From an uncultured Flavobacteriaceae bacterium (GTDB taxonomy: Bacteria; Bacteroidota; Bacteroidia; Flavobacteriales; Flavobacteriaceae): DNA of 64,000 nt. Location of the stretch: positions 101,590 through 165,589 of the forward strand of contig CAWBZL010000002.1 in assembly GCA_963793275.1 (NCBI GenBank), read 5' to 3'. Below the pieces are notes generated by a model. That model was not told where the DNA came from. It searched no databases and worked only from the letters and a program-made list of their open reading frames with translations. Below are positions 20,032 through 29,849 of this stretch, in pieces (positions within the stretch are counted from its first letter, which is position 1; each line of letters starts with the position of its first letter). The translations under genes and the position numbers were made by a program.

Positions 20032-21377
20032 ATGGATAAATTTTTATTCAAGTATATAGACAACACAGGACTTGTACTATGGCGTGTGGTTTTTGGTGCC
20101 TTAATAGCAACCGAAGCTTTTGGGGCTATTGCAACAGGATGGCTTAAAAGAACCCTTATTGAGCCCGAGTTTACCTTTAACTTTATTGGTTTTGAGTTCC
20201 TGCAACCACTGCCCGGCGACTTAATGTATTACTACTTTATACTTATGGGTGTTTTTGGTCTTTTGGTGATGGTAGGGTACAAATACCGCTTTAGCATGGC
20301 ATGTTACGCGCTTATGTGGACGTGTGTGTATTTAATGCAAAAAACGTCTTATAATAATCATTATTATTTAATGATGTTGCTGTGTTGGATCATGGTGTTT
20401 CTACCTGCCCACCGCTGGTTTTCCCTGGATGCAACATTAGACCCCGAAGTTAAATCGCCGGCTGCTCCGCGTTGGACTTACTTAGTAATTATCTTTCAGG
20501 TATGGATTGTGTATACATTTGCATCTGTTGCAAAATGGTATCCGGATTGGCTAGATGGTACTACCACAGCACTTTTTATGAGTGGAAAAAGCGATTACTG
20601 GCTCATTGGACCGTTTTTACAGCTGGACTGGGTGCATTGGTGTATTGCGTATGTGGGTATTTTCTTCGATCTGCTCATTGTTCCGTTGATGCTTTATAAG
20701 CGTACCAGATTTATCGGTTTTGCTATTTCAGTGTTCTTTCATTTATTTAATTCTATTGTGTTTCAGATTGGGATCTTTCCTTATATGAGTATTGCTTTTG
20801 CACTGTTCTTTTTCTCTTCTGAAACATTACAAAAAAGGTTTCTTCCGAAGAAAAAATTATACACCTTAGGCGAAGTGAAAGTGCCAAACTACAAACCACT
20901 GCTGGTTGGAGTGTTTTCGATCTATTTTATATTTCAAATTGGCTTACCACTTCGCCATTGGGCGTTTCAGGATGACGTGCTTTGGACCGAGAGGGCCACC
21001 GCCTAAGCTGGCGTATGATGCTACGCAGCAAAGGCTCCAGAGTTATAGTGTATACTCAGGAAGAAGGCAGCGTAGAAAAAAAACCGTATAACTACCGAAA
21101 ACTCCTGAGTAAAAAACAACAACGCGCTTCCAAAAGCAAACCAGACCTATTGTGGAGACTCGCTAAAGAGATTAAAAAAGCCGAAGCTAAAGAAGGTAGA
21201 AACGTACAGGTTTTTATGGATGTTAAGTTAAAAATAAATGGCGGGGAGTACCATCAGTTTATAAAACCAGATGTAGATATTGCCTCTAAGGAGTGGCACC
21301 CCTTTAAACATCACGATTGGCTGGAACCTTCGCCTGCAGATTATCACGCAAAAGCAAAGAAAAAAGAAGAAAACTAA
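20032..21377 (+). pseudogene. HTTM-domain (vitamin K-dependent gamma-carboxylase-like) membrane protein, split by a 1-nt frameshift near 20989-20993
   Basis: ORFs 20002-21006 and 20982-21377 overlap in different frames. Joined, they read ...DDVLWTE|EGHRLSWRMMLRSK..., the conserved HTTM core, for a total of about 450 aa. Confidence 0.8.
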
Positions 21378-21433
21378 AATCCTCTCAAAACATACATTTT
21401 CGCTAACTTTGCCGTCTTAAATTCTCAGAGAAA

Positions 21434-22705
21434 ATGTTACAAGTACAAGAAATACGCGCAAACAAAGATGCCTATATCAACGCCTTAAAAAAACGCGGGT
21501 TAGATGCTTCAGCAGATATCAACGCAATTCTGGAAGCAGATGAAACCCGTCGTGCAACCCAGACCAAACTGGATGAAACACTTGCACAAAGCAATACATT
21601 TTCGAAAGAGATCGGGAAGCTGTTTCAAAGTGGAGAAACTCAAAAGGCAAACATTTTAAAAGAGAAAACCAGCCAGTTAAAAGAAGCTTCAAAAAAGTAT
21701 CAGGAAGAACTTAATACTGCGGAAGAAATGCTGGAGAGTTTATTATATACCATCCCAAATATCCCTAACGAACTTGTCCCTGCAGGAACCGATGAAAATG
21801 ATAATGAGGAAGTTTTTGCCGAAGGTGATATCCCAAAGTTGAACAGTGAAGCCCTGCCACACTGGGAATTGGCTAAAAAATACGATCTAATAGATTTTGA
21901 ATTGGGCGTAAAAGTTACGGGCGCAGGTTTTCCGGTATACAAAGGAAAAGGAGCCAGATTACAACGTGCACTCATTAGTTATTTTCTGGATAAAAATACA
22001 GAAGCCGGCTACACCGAATACCAGGTGCCACATTTGGTAAACGAAGCGTCTGCAAGAGGGACAGGACAATTGCCGGACAAAGAAGGGCAAATGTATCACG
22101 TGACAGAAGATGATCTTTACCTCATTCCAACCGCAGAAGTACCCGTAACCAATTTGTTCAGAGGCGACTTAATTGCGCATACCCAATTGCCAATTACCTG
22201 TACTGGATACACACCATGTTTCCGTCGTGAAGCTGGAAGTTACGGCGCACACGTTCGTGGACTTAACAGATTACACCAATTTGATAAAGTTGAAATTGTA
22301 CGTGTGGAACATCCGGAAAATAGTTATGCAGCTTTGGACGGGATGGTAGCACACGTAAAAAATATACTACGCGATTTAAAACTACCCTACCGAGTACTTC
22401 GATTGTGTGGTGGGGATTTAGGATTCACGGCAGCATTAACGTACGATTTTGAAGTATTTAGCACCGCACAGGACAGATGGCTGGAAATTTCTTCTGTTTC
22501 CAATTTTGAAACGTTTCAGGCCAACCGATTAAAATTACGCTTTAAAGACGAAGACGGTAACAATAGGCTAGCACATACCTTAAACGGAAGTGCCTTAGCA
22601 TTACCACGTGTACTTGCAGGAATTCTGGAAAATTATCAAACGGAAGATGGTATTAAAATTCCTGAAGTTTTAGTGCCGTATTGTGGGTTCGACATGATTA
22701 AATAG
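21434..22705 (+). CDS. serS: seryl-tRNA synthetase
   Basis: Coiled-coil N-terminal arm and class II motifs (FRREAGS, GSALALPR). Confidence 0.95.
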   Translation: MLQVQEIRANKDAYINALKKRGLDASADINAILEADETRRATQTKLDETLAQSNTFSKEIGKLFQSGETQKANILKEKTSQLKEASKKYQEELNTAEEMLESLLYTIPNIPNELVPAGTDENDNEEVFAEGDIPKLNSEALPHWELAKKYDLIDFELGVKVTGAGFPVYKGKGARLQRALISYFLDKNTEAGYTEYQVPHLVNEASARGTGQLPDKEGQMYHVTEDDLYLIPTAEVPVTNLFRGDLIAHTQLPITCTGYTPCFRREAGSYGAHVRGLNRLHQFDKVEIVRVEHPENSYAALDGMVAHVKNILRDLKLPYRVLRLCGGDLGFTAALTYDFEVFSTAQDRWLEISSVSNFETFQANRLKLRFKDEDGNNRLAHTLNGSALALPRVLAGILENYQTEDGIKIPEVLVPYCGFDMIK

Positions 22706-22706
22706 C

Positions 22707-23315
22707 ATGGGAGAAATTATTGCCACCATATTATTTTTAATTGCGGTAATAGATCCAATTGGTTCTGTTCCTGTTTATTTAGAAGCTACAAAGCATTTCG
22801 ACCAAAAACATAAAAATAAAATAGCTGTAAGAGCAAGTTTTATAGCGTTTCTTATTCTGCTATTCTTTATTGTAATTGGACAGCTAATTCTGGAAGGAAT
22901 GGATATTTCGTTATATGCATTTCAAATATCTGGTGGGGTTATTTTATTCCTCTTTGCCCTTACCATGATCTTTGGCGACGGTAAACCAGAAATGGAAAAA
23001 CACCTCATAACAGACTATAAACACGTTACCATTTTCCCGGTTGCCATCCCTTCCATTGCTTCTCCCGGTGCAATAATGGCCGTTGTACTTATGACTGATA
23101 ATCATATTTACACCATCCAACAGCAAGCGGTAACTGCTACCCTAGTTTTTGTTGTAGTAATTATTACGGCTGTTTTACTGCTGGTTGCAAACGTAGTGCA
23201 AAAGAGAATTGGCGAATATGGTATTACGGTAATTAGTAAAATTATGGGCTTAATTCTCGCTTCGTATGCCGTACAAAGTATTTTGGCCGGAGTTAAAGGG
23301 TTCTTCTTTACGTGA
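22707..23315 (+). CDS. MarC-family (UPF0056) integral membrane protein
   Basis: Six hydrophobic segments and a DPIGSVPVYL N-terminal motif. Confidence 0.8.
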   Translation: MGEIIATILFLIAVIDPIGSVPVYLEATKHFDQKHKNKIAVRASFIAFLILLFFIVIGQLILEGMDISLYAFQISGGVILFLFALTMIFGDGKPEMEKHLITDYKHVTIFPVAIPSIASPGAIMAVVLMTDNHIYTIQQQAVTATLVFVVVIITAVLLLVANVVQKRIGEYGITVISKIMGLILASYAVQSILAGVKGFFFT

Positions 23316-23424
23316 TCTAAATTCGGGAATAGGTTTTTTATTCAAATTATTTTCTTTGTCAAATTCCTTACCCTCAATTTACTTTAGTGTAACAATAGCT
23401 TCAATTGTTTCTGAAATGAAGTAG

Positions 23425-24243
23425 TTACCCTAGTTTTTCAGCAATCACTTCAACCATCATAGGACAAAACAGCGTTGTGTTTTTGTCTTTTTCCAGCATT
23501 TTATGGTCTTCAAAAGCCTGTTTTGATTCTGCATCGGTTAAAAAACCCATTTGGACCAAACGCGGAAAATAGCTGTAGTAAAAGGTTTTGGGCCATTGCC
23601 ACACTATGTTTTCTGGTGTTCCTAATTTTGGCATTAAACGAATGCTAGTAACTTTCATTCCAATTTCAGCCAGCAAGGTTGGAAGTTCGCGCCCAATATC
23701 TATTTCTCCTTTTTGTTCTTTAAAACTTTTGAGGCAGGCTGCAATGGCTTTATTTAACCCTGCAAGTTGAGGTTCGGTTTGGTGGGTACGCCAATCGTAA
23801 TATTCGTGAAGCACCATTTTTCCACCAGGTTTTAAGGCATTGTAAGCTTTCTGTAAAATTTCTTTAGGGTTGGAAATCCAAGCCAGTGCCCAGCGACAAT
23901 ACAGGCCGTCCAGAGTATTTTGCGGTAGCTGCAAATTGTCAAAATCTGAACAGATCCCATCAATATTCAAATGATACAAGGTTGCGATTTGCGTGAGGTG
24001 TTGAATGTAACCTTCATCCAGATCTACACCAATCACTTTACCAGTTTCACCTACCAAATATGCTAACTCTTTACTACAAAATCCAGGGCCACAACCCAGG
24101 TCCAAAATAGTTTGTCCGGCAGTAAAGCCAGCTGTTTTCCAGCCTTCCTGCGCTTCGGTTGCCCATATTTGATGTTGTACACCCAAGCGGTGCAGTTCTT
24201 GTGCGTCTGTTCCTAAAATATAGGGTTGGGAGGGTTTTGGCAT
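23425..24243 (-). CDS. class I SAM-dependent methyltransferase
   Basis: Motif I ILDLGCGPG. Confidence 0.8.
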   Translation of the reverse strand: MPKPSQPYILGTDAQELHRLGVQHQIWATEAQEGWKTAGFTAGQTILDLGCGPGFCSKELAYLVGETGKVIGVDLDEGYIQHLTQIATLYHLNIDGICSDFDNLQLPQNTLDGLYCRWALAWISNPKEILQKAYNALKPGGKMVLHEYYDWRTHQTEPQLAGLNKAIAACLKSFKEQKGEIDIGRELPTLLAEIGMKVTSIRLMPKLGTPENIVWQWPKTFYYSYFPRLVQMGFLTDAESKQAFEDHKMLEKDKNTTLFCPMMVEVIAEKLG

Positions 24244-24652
24244 GGTTGGTGAATTTGACTGTAAGATAATAAATAACCAACTAGTTAGTCGAGATATTTT
24301 TTAAGTTGTTTCGGAATAAAATAGTGCCAGTCACTCCGGCAACTTTCTCTTGAATCTTCGGGGACGTTATCTGGCTAATTCTCTTTTATGGTGTTGGTAG
24401 GGGTAGAACCGTTTTCAGCAAGGAGTATTTCAGAATCTACTCGAGCCAGACCGGGATATCCATTATTCCACAAATTTAGAATTTCTTCTTTATCAGTCTT
24501 TGATAGTTCTATTTGTTTAATAAATTCTACGCTACATATTTTTTGTTTACGGCAAGTGCTAAATTTAAAAATTTGGCGACCTCAAAAAAGTGCCCGTTGT
24601 TTTTTCTCAAATCCTCGTGCTATATTTTATATACATTTTAACAGCCAATTTT

Positions 24653-25387
24653 TTATCGGTATTCTGGATTTTCAAATTTCCATCGTTCCCCATTATCCCA
24701 TTCTTTCCGAGAGTTACCATAATTAGGATACCCGCTATTTTCCTGGAGCATTAGTGCTAAATGAAGGAGATTATATGTCATAAAAGTTGTGTTTCTATTT
24801 GTGAAATTACTATCGAAACCAACAGGCTTCTGCAGTTTTTCTCCGTTCCATTCTTTATCTCCATAACTTGGTCCAGGACCAACTTTTCCAATCCATCCGC
24901 AATCTGCTTGTGGTGGTATTGAATATCCTACGTGTTGAAGTGAGTACAATATTCCCATCGCACAATGCTTTATGCCATCTTCGTTCCCAGTAACTATGCA
25001 GCCACCAACTTTACCATAAAAAATGTATTGACCTTTATCATTCGTTAAACTGCTCAAAGCATAAAGTCTTTCAATTAATTTTTGAGCTTCAGAGGATTTT
25101 TCGCCAAGCCAAATTGGTGTTCCAACGATAAGAATATCAGCATCCAAAACTCTTTTTGTTAATGTTGGCCACTCATCAATATCCCATCCATATTCTGTCA
25201 TATCTGGATAAACACCACTTGCCACCTGGTGGTCGATTAATCTAATTTCGTCGATTTTGACTTTTTCCTTGATCATAATGGCTTTAGAAACTTCCATTAA
25301 AGTTTTCGTGTGGCTTTCTTGTGGTGATTTTTTGAGAGTACAATTTATATAAATCACTTTTAGATTACTGAAATCTGGTTTTTTCAT
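24653..25387 (-). CDS. flavodoxin-fold NAD(P)H-dependent FMN reductase-like protein
   Basis: ADILIVGTPIWLGEKSS motif typical of the family. Confidence 0.7.
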   Translation of the reverse strand: MKKPDFSNLKVIYINCTLKKSPQESHTKTLMEVSKAIMIKEKVKIDEIRLIDHQVASGVYPDMTEYGWDIDEWPTLTKRVLDADILIVGTPIWLGEKSSEAQKLIERLYALSSLTNDKGQYIFYGKVGGCIVTGNEDGIKHCAMGILYSLQHVGYSIPPQADCGWIGKVGPGPSYGDKEWNGEKLQKPVGFDSNFTNRNTTFMTYNLLHLALMLQENSGYPNYGNSRKEWDNGERWKFENPEYR

Positions 25388-25504
25388 AAATCTGGTTTTT
25401 TAAGTTAGTTACAACAGATTATAGTGTTAGTACGTTAAAAACTCCTTACAAGATACAAATTATATATAGTTTGATAAATCAGCTTCTACAGTCTTATAGC
25501 CCGA

Positions 25505-25544
25505 TACAAACGCTTACAAACGTTTATAAACGACTATAAACACT
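25505..25544. repeat. four tandem 10-bp repeats TAYAAACRNY
   Basis: TACAAACGCT / TACAAACGTT / TATAAACGAC / TATAAACACT, with an exact 10-bp period. A weaker unit TATAGCCCGA precedes them at 25495. Confidence 0.8.
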
Positions 25545-25663
25545 TCCTAACCGACTAGTTCATACAGCACATCCAATATTTGCACTGTTGAAATAAATCG
25601 ACAACGGCTACCAGACCGATTCTGGAAAATAACTTAACTGTTTAACATTAAAATTTATTTATT

Positions 25664-25996
25664 ATGAACGCACTTAGAAACAAAGTACAGTTGATTGGAA
25701 GATTGGGGCAAGACCCGGAAATTGTAACCTTTAAAGACGGCAACAAAATGGCCAAATTCTCTATGGCCACGGACGACAGCTACAAAGACAAAGAAGGACA
25801 GAAAGTAGAACGTGCTTACTGGCACAATGTAATTGTAAAAGGAGGCCTTGTAAATGTGGTGGAAAACTATGTAACCAAAGGACAGGAAATCGCCATAGAA
25901 GGGAAACTCACCAACCGCTCCTGGGACGACAAAGAAGGCAACAAACATTATGTTACCGAGGTGTTATGTAATGAGTTATTGATGTTAAGTAAGTAG
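25664..25996 (+). CDS. ssb: single-stranded DNA-binding protein (short form, no acidic tail)
   Basis: OB-fold SSB pattern (NKVQLIGRLGQDPE...WHNVIVKG...IEGKL). Confidence 0.9.
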   Translation: MNALRNKVQLIGRLGQDPEIVTFKDGNKMAKFSMATDDSYKDKEGQKVERAYWHNVIVKGGLVNVVENYVTKGQEIAIEGKLTNRSWDDKEGNKHYVTEVLCNELLMLSK

Positions 25997-26042
25997 CCTT
26001 CTACTCCGCTCAGGCTTCTTTTAGTAGCATAGGATTTTAACC

Positions 26043-26070
26043 AAAAGGGGGCACTATGGTCCCCTTTTTT
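26043..26070 (+). terminator. Rho-independent terminator after ssb
   Basis: AAAAGGGG (26043-26050) pairs with CCCCTTTT (26061-26068), followed by more T. Confidence 0.6.
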
Positions 26071-26082
26071 AAATTTTTTAAT

Positions 26083-26392
26083 TTGGCAGGAGCGTACGTA
26101 TATATGCTATTATGTGCCAACAATAGTTATTATATTGGCAGTACACGATCTCTATTGAAGAGATTTCAAGAACACCGGATGGGACAAGGGGCAAATCATA
26201 CCTTTTAAATATTTACCCGTGGCGTTTGTTTATTTTGAGGAGCATAATTCTAAAGACCATGCGTATCTTCGCGAAATGCAGTTGAAAGGATGGACAAGAA
26301 AGAAGAAACAAACATTAAATATGAATTGGAAATTTGAGTTGCACAGGTTATCTGCATGTAAAAACCCAACACATTATTTAAATAGGAATTAA
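26083..26392 (+). pseudogene. GIY-YIG (URI) nuclease-family gene interrupted by a frameshift
   Basis: TTG-AGAYVYMLLCANNSYYIGSTRSLLKRFQEHRMGQGANHTF* stops at 26206-26208. The next frame continues KYLPVAFVYFEEHNSKDHAYLREMQLKGWTRKKK... to 26392. The shift lies in a T4 run. Confidence 0.7.
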
Positions 26393-26432
26393 AAATAAAG
26401 CACCCTGCGGAGTCGAAGGGTGAATATTAGCA

Positions 26433-28508
26433 ATGCAAAAAAACCCAAACATCAAAAACCTCCTCAAAACCCATTTCGGTTTCGACACCTTTCGTCCTAA
26501 CCAGCAGGAAATTATTGAAAATGTGCTGGCGGGTAAAAACACGCTGGCCATTATGCCTACAGGAGGGGGAAAGTCATTGTGTTTTCAGTTACCTGCTTTG
26601 ACATTGGAAGGAACAGCGATTGTTATTTCACCGTTAATTGCCTTAATGAAGGATCAGGTAGATGCCCTAAATGCCAACGGAATTTCGGCTTCATATTATA
26701 ATAGTAGCCAGGTGCCAGAGGTGCAGGAGGAAGTATTGACGAACTTAATGACGGGTCAATTAAAATTACTCTATGTGGCTCCGGAAAGCCTGTGGAACCT
26801 CACCAATTATTTTTCTAAGACTGAAATTTCCTTAATCGCAGTAGACGAGGCCCACTGTATTTCATCGTGGGGTCATGATTTCAGACCTGCCTACACGCAA
26901 TTAAGCAGGCTCCAAGACGAATTTCCAAAAACACCAGTGATCGCTTTAACCGCAACGGCAGACCGAGCAACACAGGACGATATTGTAAAACAACTAGGTA
27001 TTGGCAGTGCCAGAAGATTTGTATCTTCTTTCGACAGGCCTAACCTATACCTGGATGTGCGCCCTGGACAACAACGGATGCAGCAGGTATTAAAATTTCT
27101 GAAAAACAAAGAAACTCAAAGCGGTATTATTTACTGTTTAAGCCGAAAAAGTACTGAAGCCATCGCATCAAAACTCGTTGCAAAAGGCTACAAAGCCCAA
27201 GCGTATCACGCCGGAATTGAAGCTGAAGAACGCAGCAGGATCCAGGACGACTTTATAAATGACAGAGCTCCTATAATCGTGGCTACCATCGCTTTTGGGA
27301 TGGGAATAGACAAAAGCAATGTCCGTTGGGTGATACATTATAACATGCCAAAGAATATTGAAGGCTATTATCAGGAAATTGGCCGAAGCGGTCGTGACGG
27401 ACTACCCGCGCACGGATTAATGTTTTACAGCTTTGCCGACGTAATTATGCTTCGGAAATTTGCTCAGGGAACCCAGACCGAAGAATTTCAGCTGGCAAAA
27501 CTGGAACGTATGCAACAATTTGCCGAAGCCTTAAGTTGTCGTCGAAAAGCGTTGCTCAATTATTTTGGTGAACATATGACGCAGGATTGTGGTAATTGCG
27601 ACATTTGCAAAACTCCACCTCAATATATAGACGGTACCATAATCGCTCAAAAGGTATGCTCTGGAGTCGCCAGATTGAAAGAGCAGGAAGCAATGGGAAT
27701 GTTAATAGATGTGTTGAGAGGCTCTCACAACGCGCAGGTTGTTGAGAAAGGCTATCAAAATTTAAAGACCTTTGGAGCTGCTAAAGACATTCCGTGGAAA
27801 GATCTACAGCAGTATGTCATTCAGCTATTGAATCAAGGTGTGTTGGAAATTTGGTTCCACGAAAACGGCCGATTGGTGCTTACCCCAACTGCCAAAAAGA
27901 TTTTATTTGAAGGTAAAAAAGTGCGTCTGGCAGACTTGATGCAACCAGAGGCTGTTACCATTCCAAAAGAGCGGACCACAAAAAAACGCAAAGATTTATT
28001 CGAAAAATTACGTACGCTCCGTACCAAATTGGCTACCGAAGCCGGAGTGCCCGCGTATGTTATTTTTAGCGATGCCAGTTTGGAAGATATGGAAAATAAG
28101 CTCCCAAAAACGGTGGCCGATTTTGCTGAAATTAGTGGTGTGGGTCGCGCTAAACTGGAAAAATATGCCGATGTATTTTTACAAGTAGTCGCCAAGCATC
28201 AGGATGCTCAGGAAAATAAAGTAGCCACACACGAGCGCAGTCTGCAATTATTTGAAAAGGGATTGACGGTGCCAGAAATTTCAAAAAAGAGGGGTATTTC
28301 TGTTAATACTGTATACGGTCATTTTCTGAAGATGCACGAATTGGGTCACAAAATAGACTTGTCTCAATTTATCTCTACAGAAGAAATTTCAGCAGTGCAA
28401 AAGGCGAAATTAAAGCTGGAAAATCCCGATGGGTTAAAACTCTATTTCGATTATTTTGAAGAAAAAATGCCGTATTGGAAAATAAAGTTTGGGTTGTCCT
28501 TAGCGTAA
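26433..28508 (+). CDS. recQ: ATP-dependent DNA helicase RecQ
   Basis: PTGGGKS, DEAH (VDEAHCIS), a zinc-binding Cys cluster, and an HRDC plus extra C-terminal HTH-like region. Confidence 0.95.
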   Translation: MQKNPNIKNLLKTHFGFDTFRPNQQEIIENVLAGKNTLAIMPTGGGKSLCFQLPALTLEGTAIVISPLIALMKDQVDALNANGISASYYNSSQVPEVQEEVLTNLMTGQLKLLYVAPESLWNLTNYFSKTEISLIAVDEAHCISSWGHDFRPAYTQLSRLQDEFPKTPVIALTATADRATQDDIVKQLGIGSARRFVSSFDRPNLYLDVRPGQQRMQQVLKFLKNKETQSGIIYCLSRKSTEAIASKLVAKGYKAQAYHAGIEAEERSRIQDDFINDRAPIIVATIAFGMGIDKSNVRWVIHYNMPKNIEGYYQEIGRSGRDGLPAHGLMFYSFADVIMLRKFAQGTQTEEFQLAKLERMQQFAEALSCRRKALLNYFGEHMTQDCGNCDICKTPPQYIDGTIIAQKVCSGVARLKEQEAMGMLIDVLRGSHNAQVVEKGYQNLKTFGAAKDIPWKDLQQYVIQLLNQGVLEIWFHENGRLVLTPTAKKILFEGKKVRLADLMQPEAVTIPKERTTKKRKDLFEKLRTLRTKLATEAGVPAYVIFSDASLEDMENKLPKTVADFAEISGVGRAKLEKYADVFLQVVAKHQDAQENKVATHERSLQLFEKGLTVPEISKKRGISVNTVYGHFLKMHELGHKIDLSQFISTEEISAVQKAKLKLENPDGLKLYFDYFEEKMPYWKIKFGLSLA

Positions 28509-28726
28509 AATCCCTTAGAATCAATCTAAATCAGAACAATAATTTTGAAAACTGCATCATTTTTCATCATATTTGCCACCAAATGAGAACGATTAGTTTA
28601 CATACACCACAAATAGGACTGAATTTTCAGTGGGAATATCGTGCGATGAAAAATTCAGATTCACGGTACAGGGCGTTATGTAACTTTTTTTGAGATAAAA
28701 ATAAACTCTAAAACAACATTTATATA

Positions 28727-28755
28727 AAGCGTCCGATCCAACGGGCGCTTTTTTT
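28727..28755 (+). terminator. Rho-independent terminator
   Basis: GCGTCCG (28729-28735) pairs with CGGGCGC (28742-28748), including one G-U, followed by T7. Confidence 0.6.
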
Positions 28756-29124
28756 ATGAATTTTTTTACTGAATGATAAAATTTTAAGGCACACATAAAA
28801 ATGTAGGCATTGACGTATAAGCAACAGAGAGACAACAGTTTGCAAACAAGGCCAGAAATCTGCAATAATCGGACAGGGAATTGCTATGCTTTAAATTAAT
28901 GTAAATAACTGATAATCAACAAAATAAAATTAAAAATTAGTTGTGTAATTCAAAAATACATTTCATATTTGCACCGCAGTTATGATATAGATAACTGCTT
29001 TAAAAAACTATAAATTTAAAATAAGAAGCTATGCGATTTCAAACGTATATAGATCAAAAAACAGGAAGTGAAAGTTTCCTCAGCAAAACGCTTCGCGATT
29101 ATAATTAGAATAATTTCTTCTATG

Positions 29125-29161
29125 AAAAATCCGAAGCAACTCCACCGTTTCGGATTTTTTT
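29125..29161 (+). terminator. Rho-independent terminator
   Basis: ATCCGAA (29129-29135) pairs with TTCGGAT (29149-29155), flanked by an A run and T7. Confidence 0.6.
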
Positions 29162-29228
29162 ATGCCTTTTTCTAAAAGGATCCTACAAGTTCGTTACGGT
29201 GATTAAGAACACATTAAAGATCACTAAA

Positions 29229-29804
29229 ATGAACACAAATACACATAATTTATACTTATTCAAGGCTATGGAGGCATACCCTTGGGACCTTGAAAAAGCG
29301 GTTGAAGCATTGCAATATGCTTTGTCTTACGAACCAGAAAACGTAACCGCCCTTTGTTTGATGGCAAAAGTACACGCCGAACAACTAAGCGATTATGAAA
29401 CCGCAAAAAGCTATTTTGAAAAAGCAGTAGCAAGCGATATACGTGCCACCAAAATATATCCGGATTATGTACGTACGTTACTACAGAATCACGATTTTGA
29501 GGAAGCTCAAAAGCTGATAGATTTTGCGATGACTGTAAAAGCGGTGGATAGAGGTGGTTTACAATTATTGCAAGGGCAATTGTTTGAAAACTTGCAAAAG
29601 TTTGAAAAAGCTGAAGCAGCTTTAAAAGAAGCTCGTAACCTAGGGTTAAATTCAGATTTTATCGAATTTGTTGAAAGCGAATTGGAGCGCGTCACCAAAA
29701 AAAGGGAACGCCAAAACAATGAGCAAAAAACCGACAACTCTAAGGAAACAGCTAAAACGGAAGATTCAAAAAGCTGGGTCCACAGGCTAAGTAGCTTACT
29801 ATAA
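29229..29804 (+). CDS. TPR-like helical repeat protein with charged C-terminal tail
   Basis: Helical repeat pattern (ALCLMAKVHAEQLSDYETAKSYFEKAV). ATG at 29229 preferred over the upstream GTG. Confidence 0.55.
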   Translation: MNTNTHNLYLFKAMEAYPWDLEKAVEALQYALSYEPENVTALCLMAKVHAEQLSDYETAKSYFEKAVASDIRATKIYPDYVRTLLQNHDFEEAQKLIDFAMTVKAVDRGGLQLLQGQLFENLQKFEKAEAALKEARNLGLNSDFIEFVESELERVTKKRERQNNEQKTDNSKETAKTEDSKSWVHRLSSLL

Positions 29805-29849
29805 ATCAGGATAAAATCTAAGTTTAATTTATAAAGGAAACAATAAAAT

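Noticed and set aside
20982-21377. 131-aa ORF as an independent gene.
   Set aside because: It begins at a TTG inside the preceding ORF, and its first residues complete the HTTM core motif. It is treated as the 3' part of a frameshifted gene.
24375-24540. Minus-strand reading ...SVEFIKQIELSKTDKEEILNLWNNGYPGLARVDSEILLAENGSTPTNTIKEN*, reminiscent of the N-terminus of GNAT acetyltransferases (the ...EILNLWN..YP motif).
   Set aside because: There is no in-frame start codon, it is only about 55 codons long, and the similarity is a short recalled motif. At best it is a gene remnant, which is not enough to call a feature.
24388-24726. 112-aa plus-strand ORF.
   Set aside because: It overlaps the 3' end of the flavodoxin-fold gene on the other strand and has low-complexity, Ser/Ile/Phe-rich sequence with no motif.
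25655-25948. 97-aa minus-strand ORF.
   Set aside because: It is antisense to ssb, whose OB-fold sequence is unambiguous.
28475-28865. ORFs 28475-28693 (+, 72 aa) and 28593-28865 (-, 90 aa) in the recQ-downstream spacer.
   Set aside because: The first overlaps the recQ 3' end out of frame. Both have odd composition (Cys/Phe/Tyr-rich) and span hairpins and terminators. The region looks non-coding.
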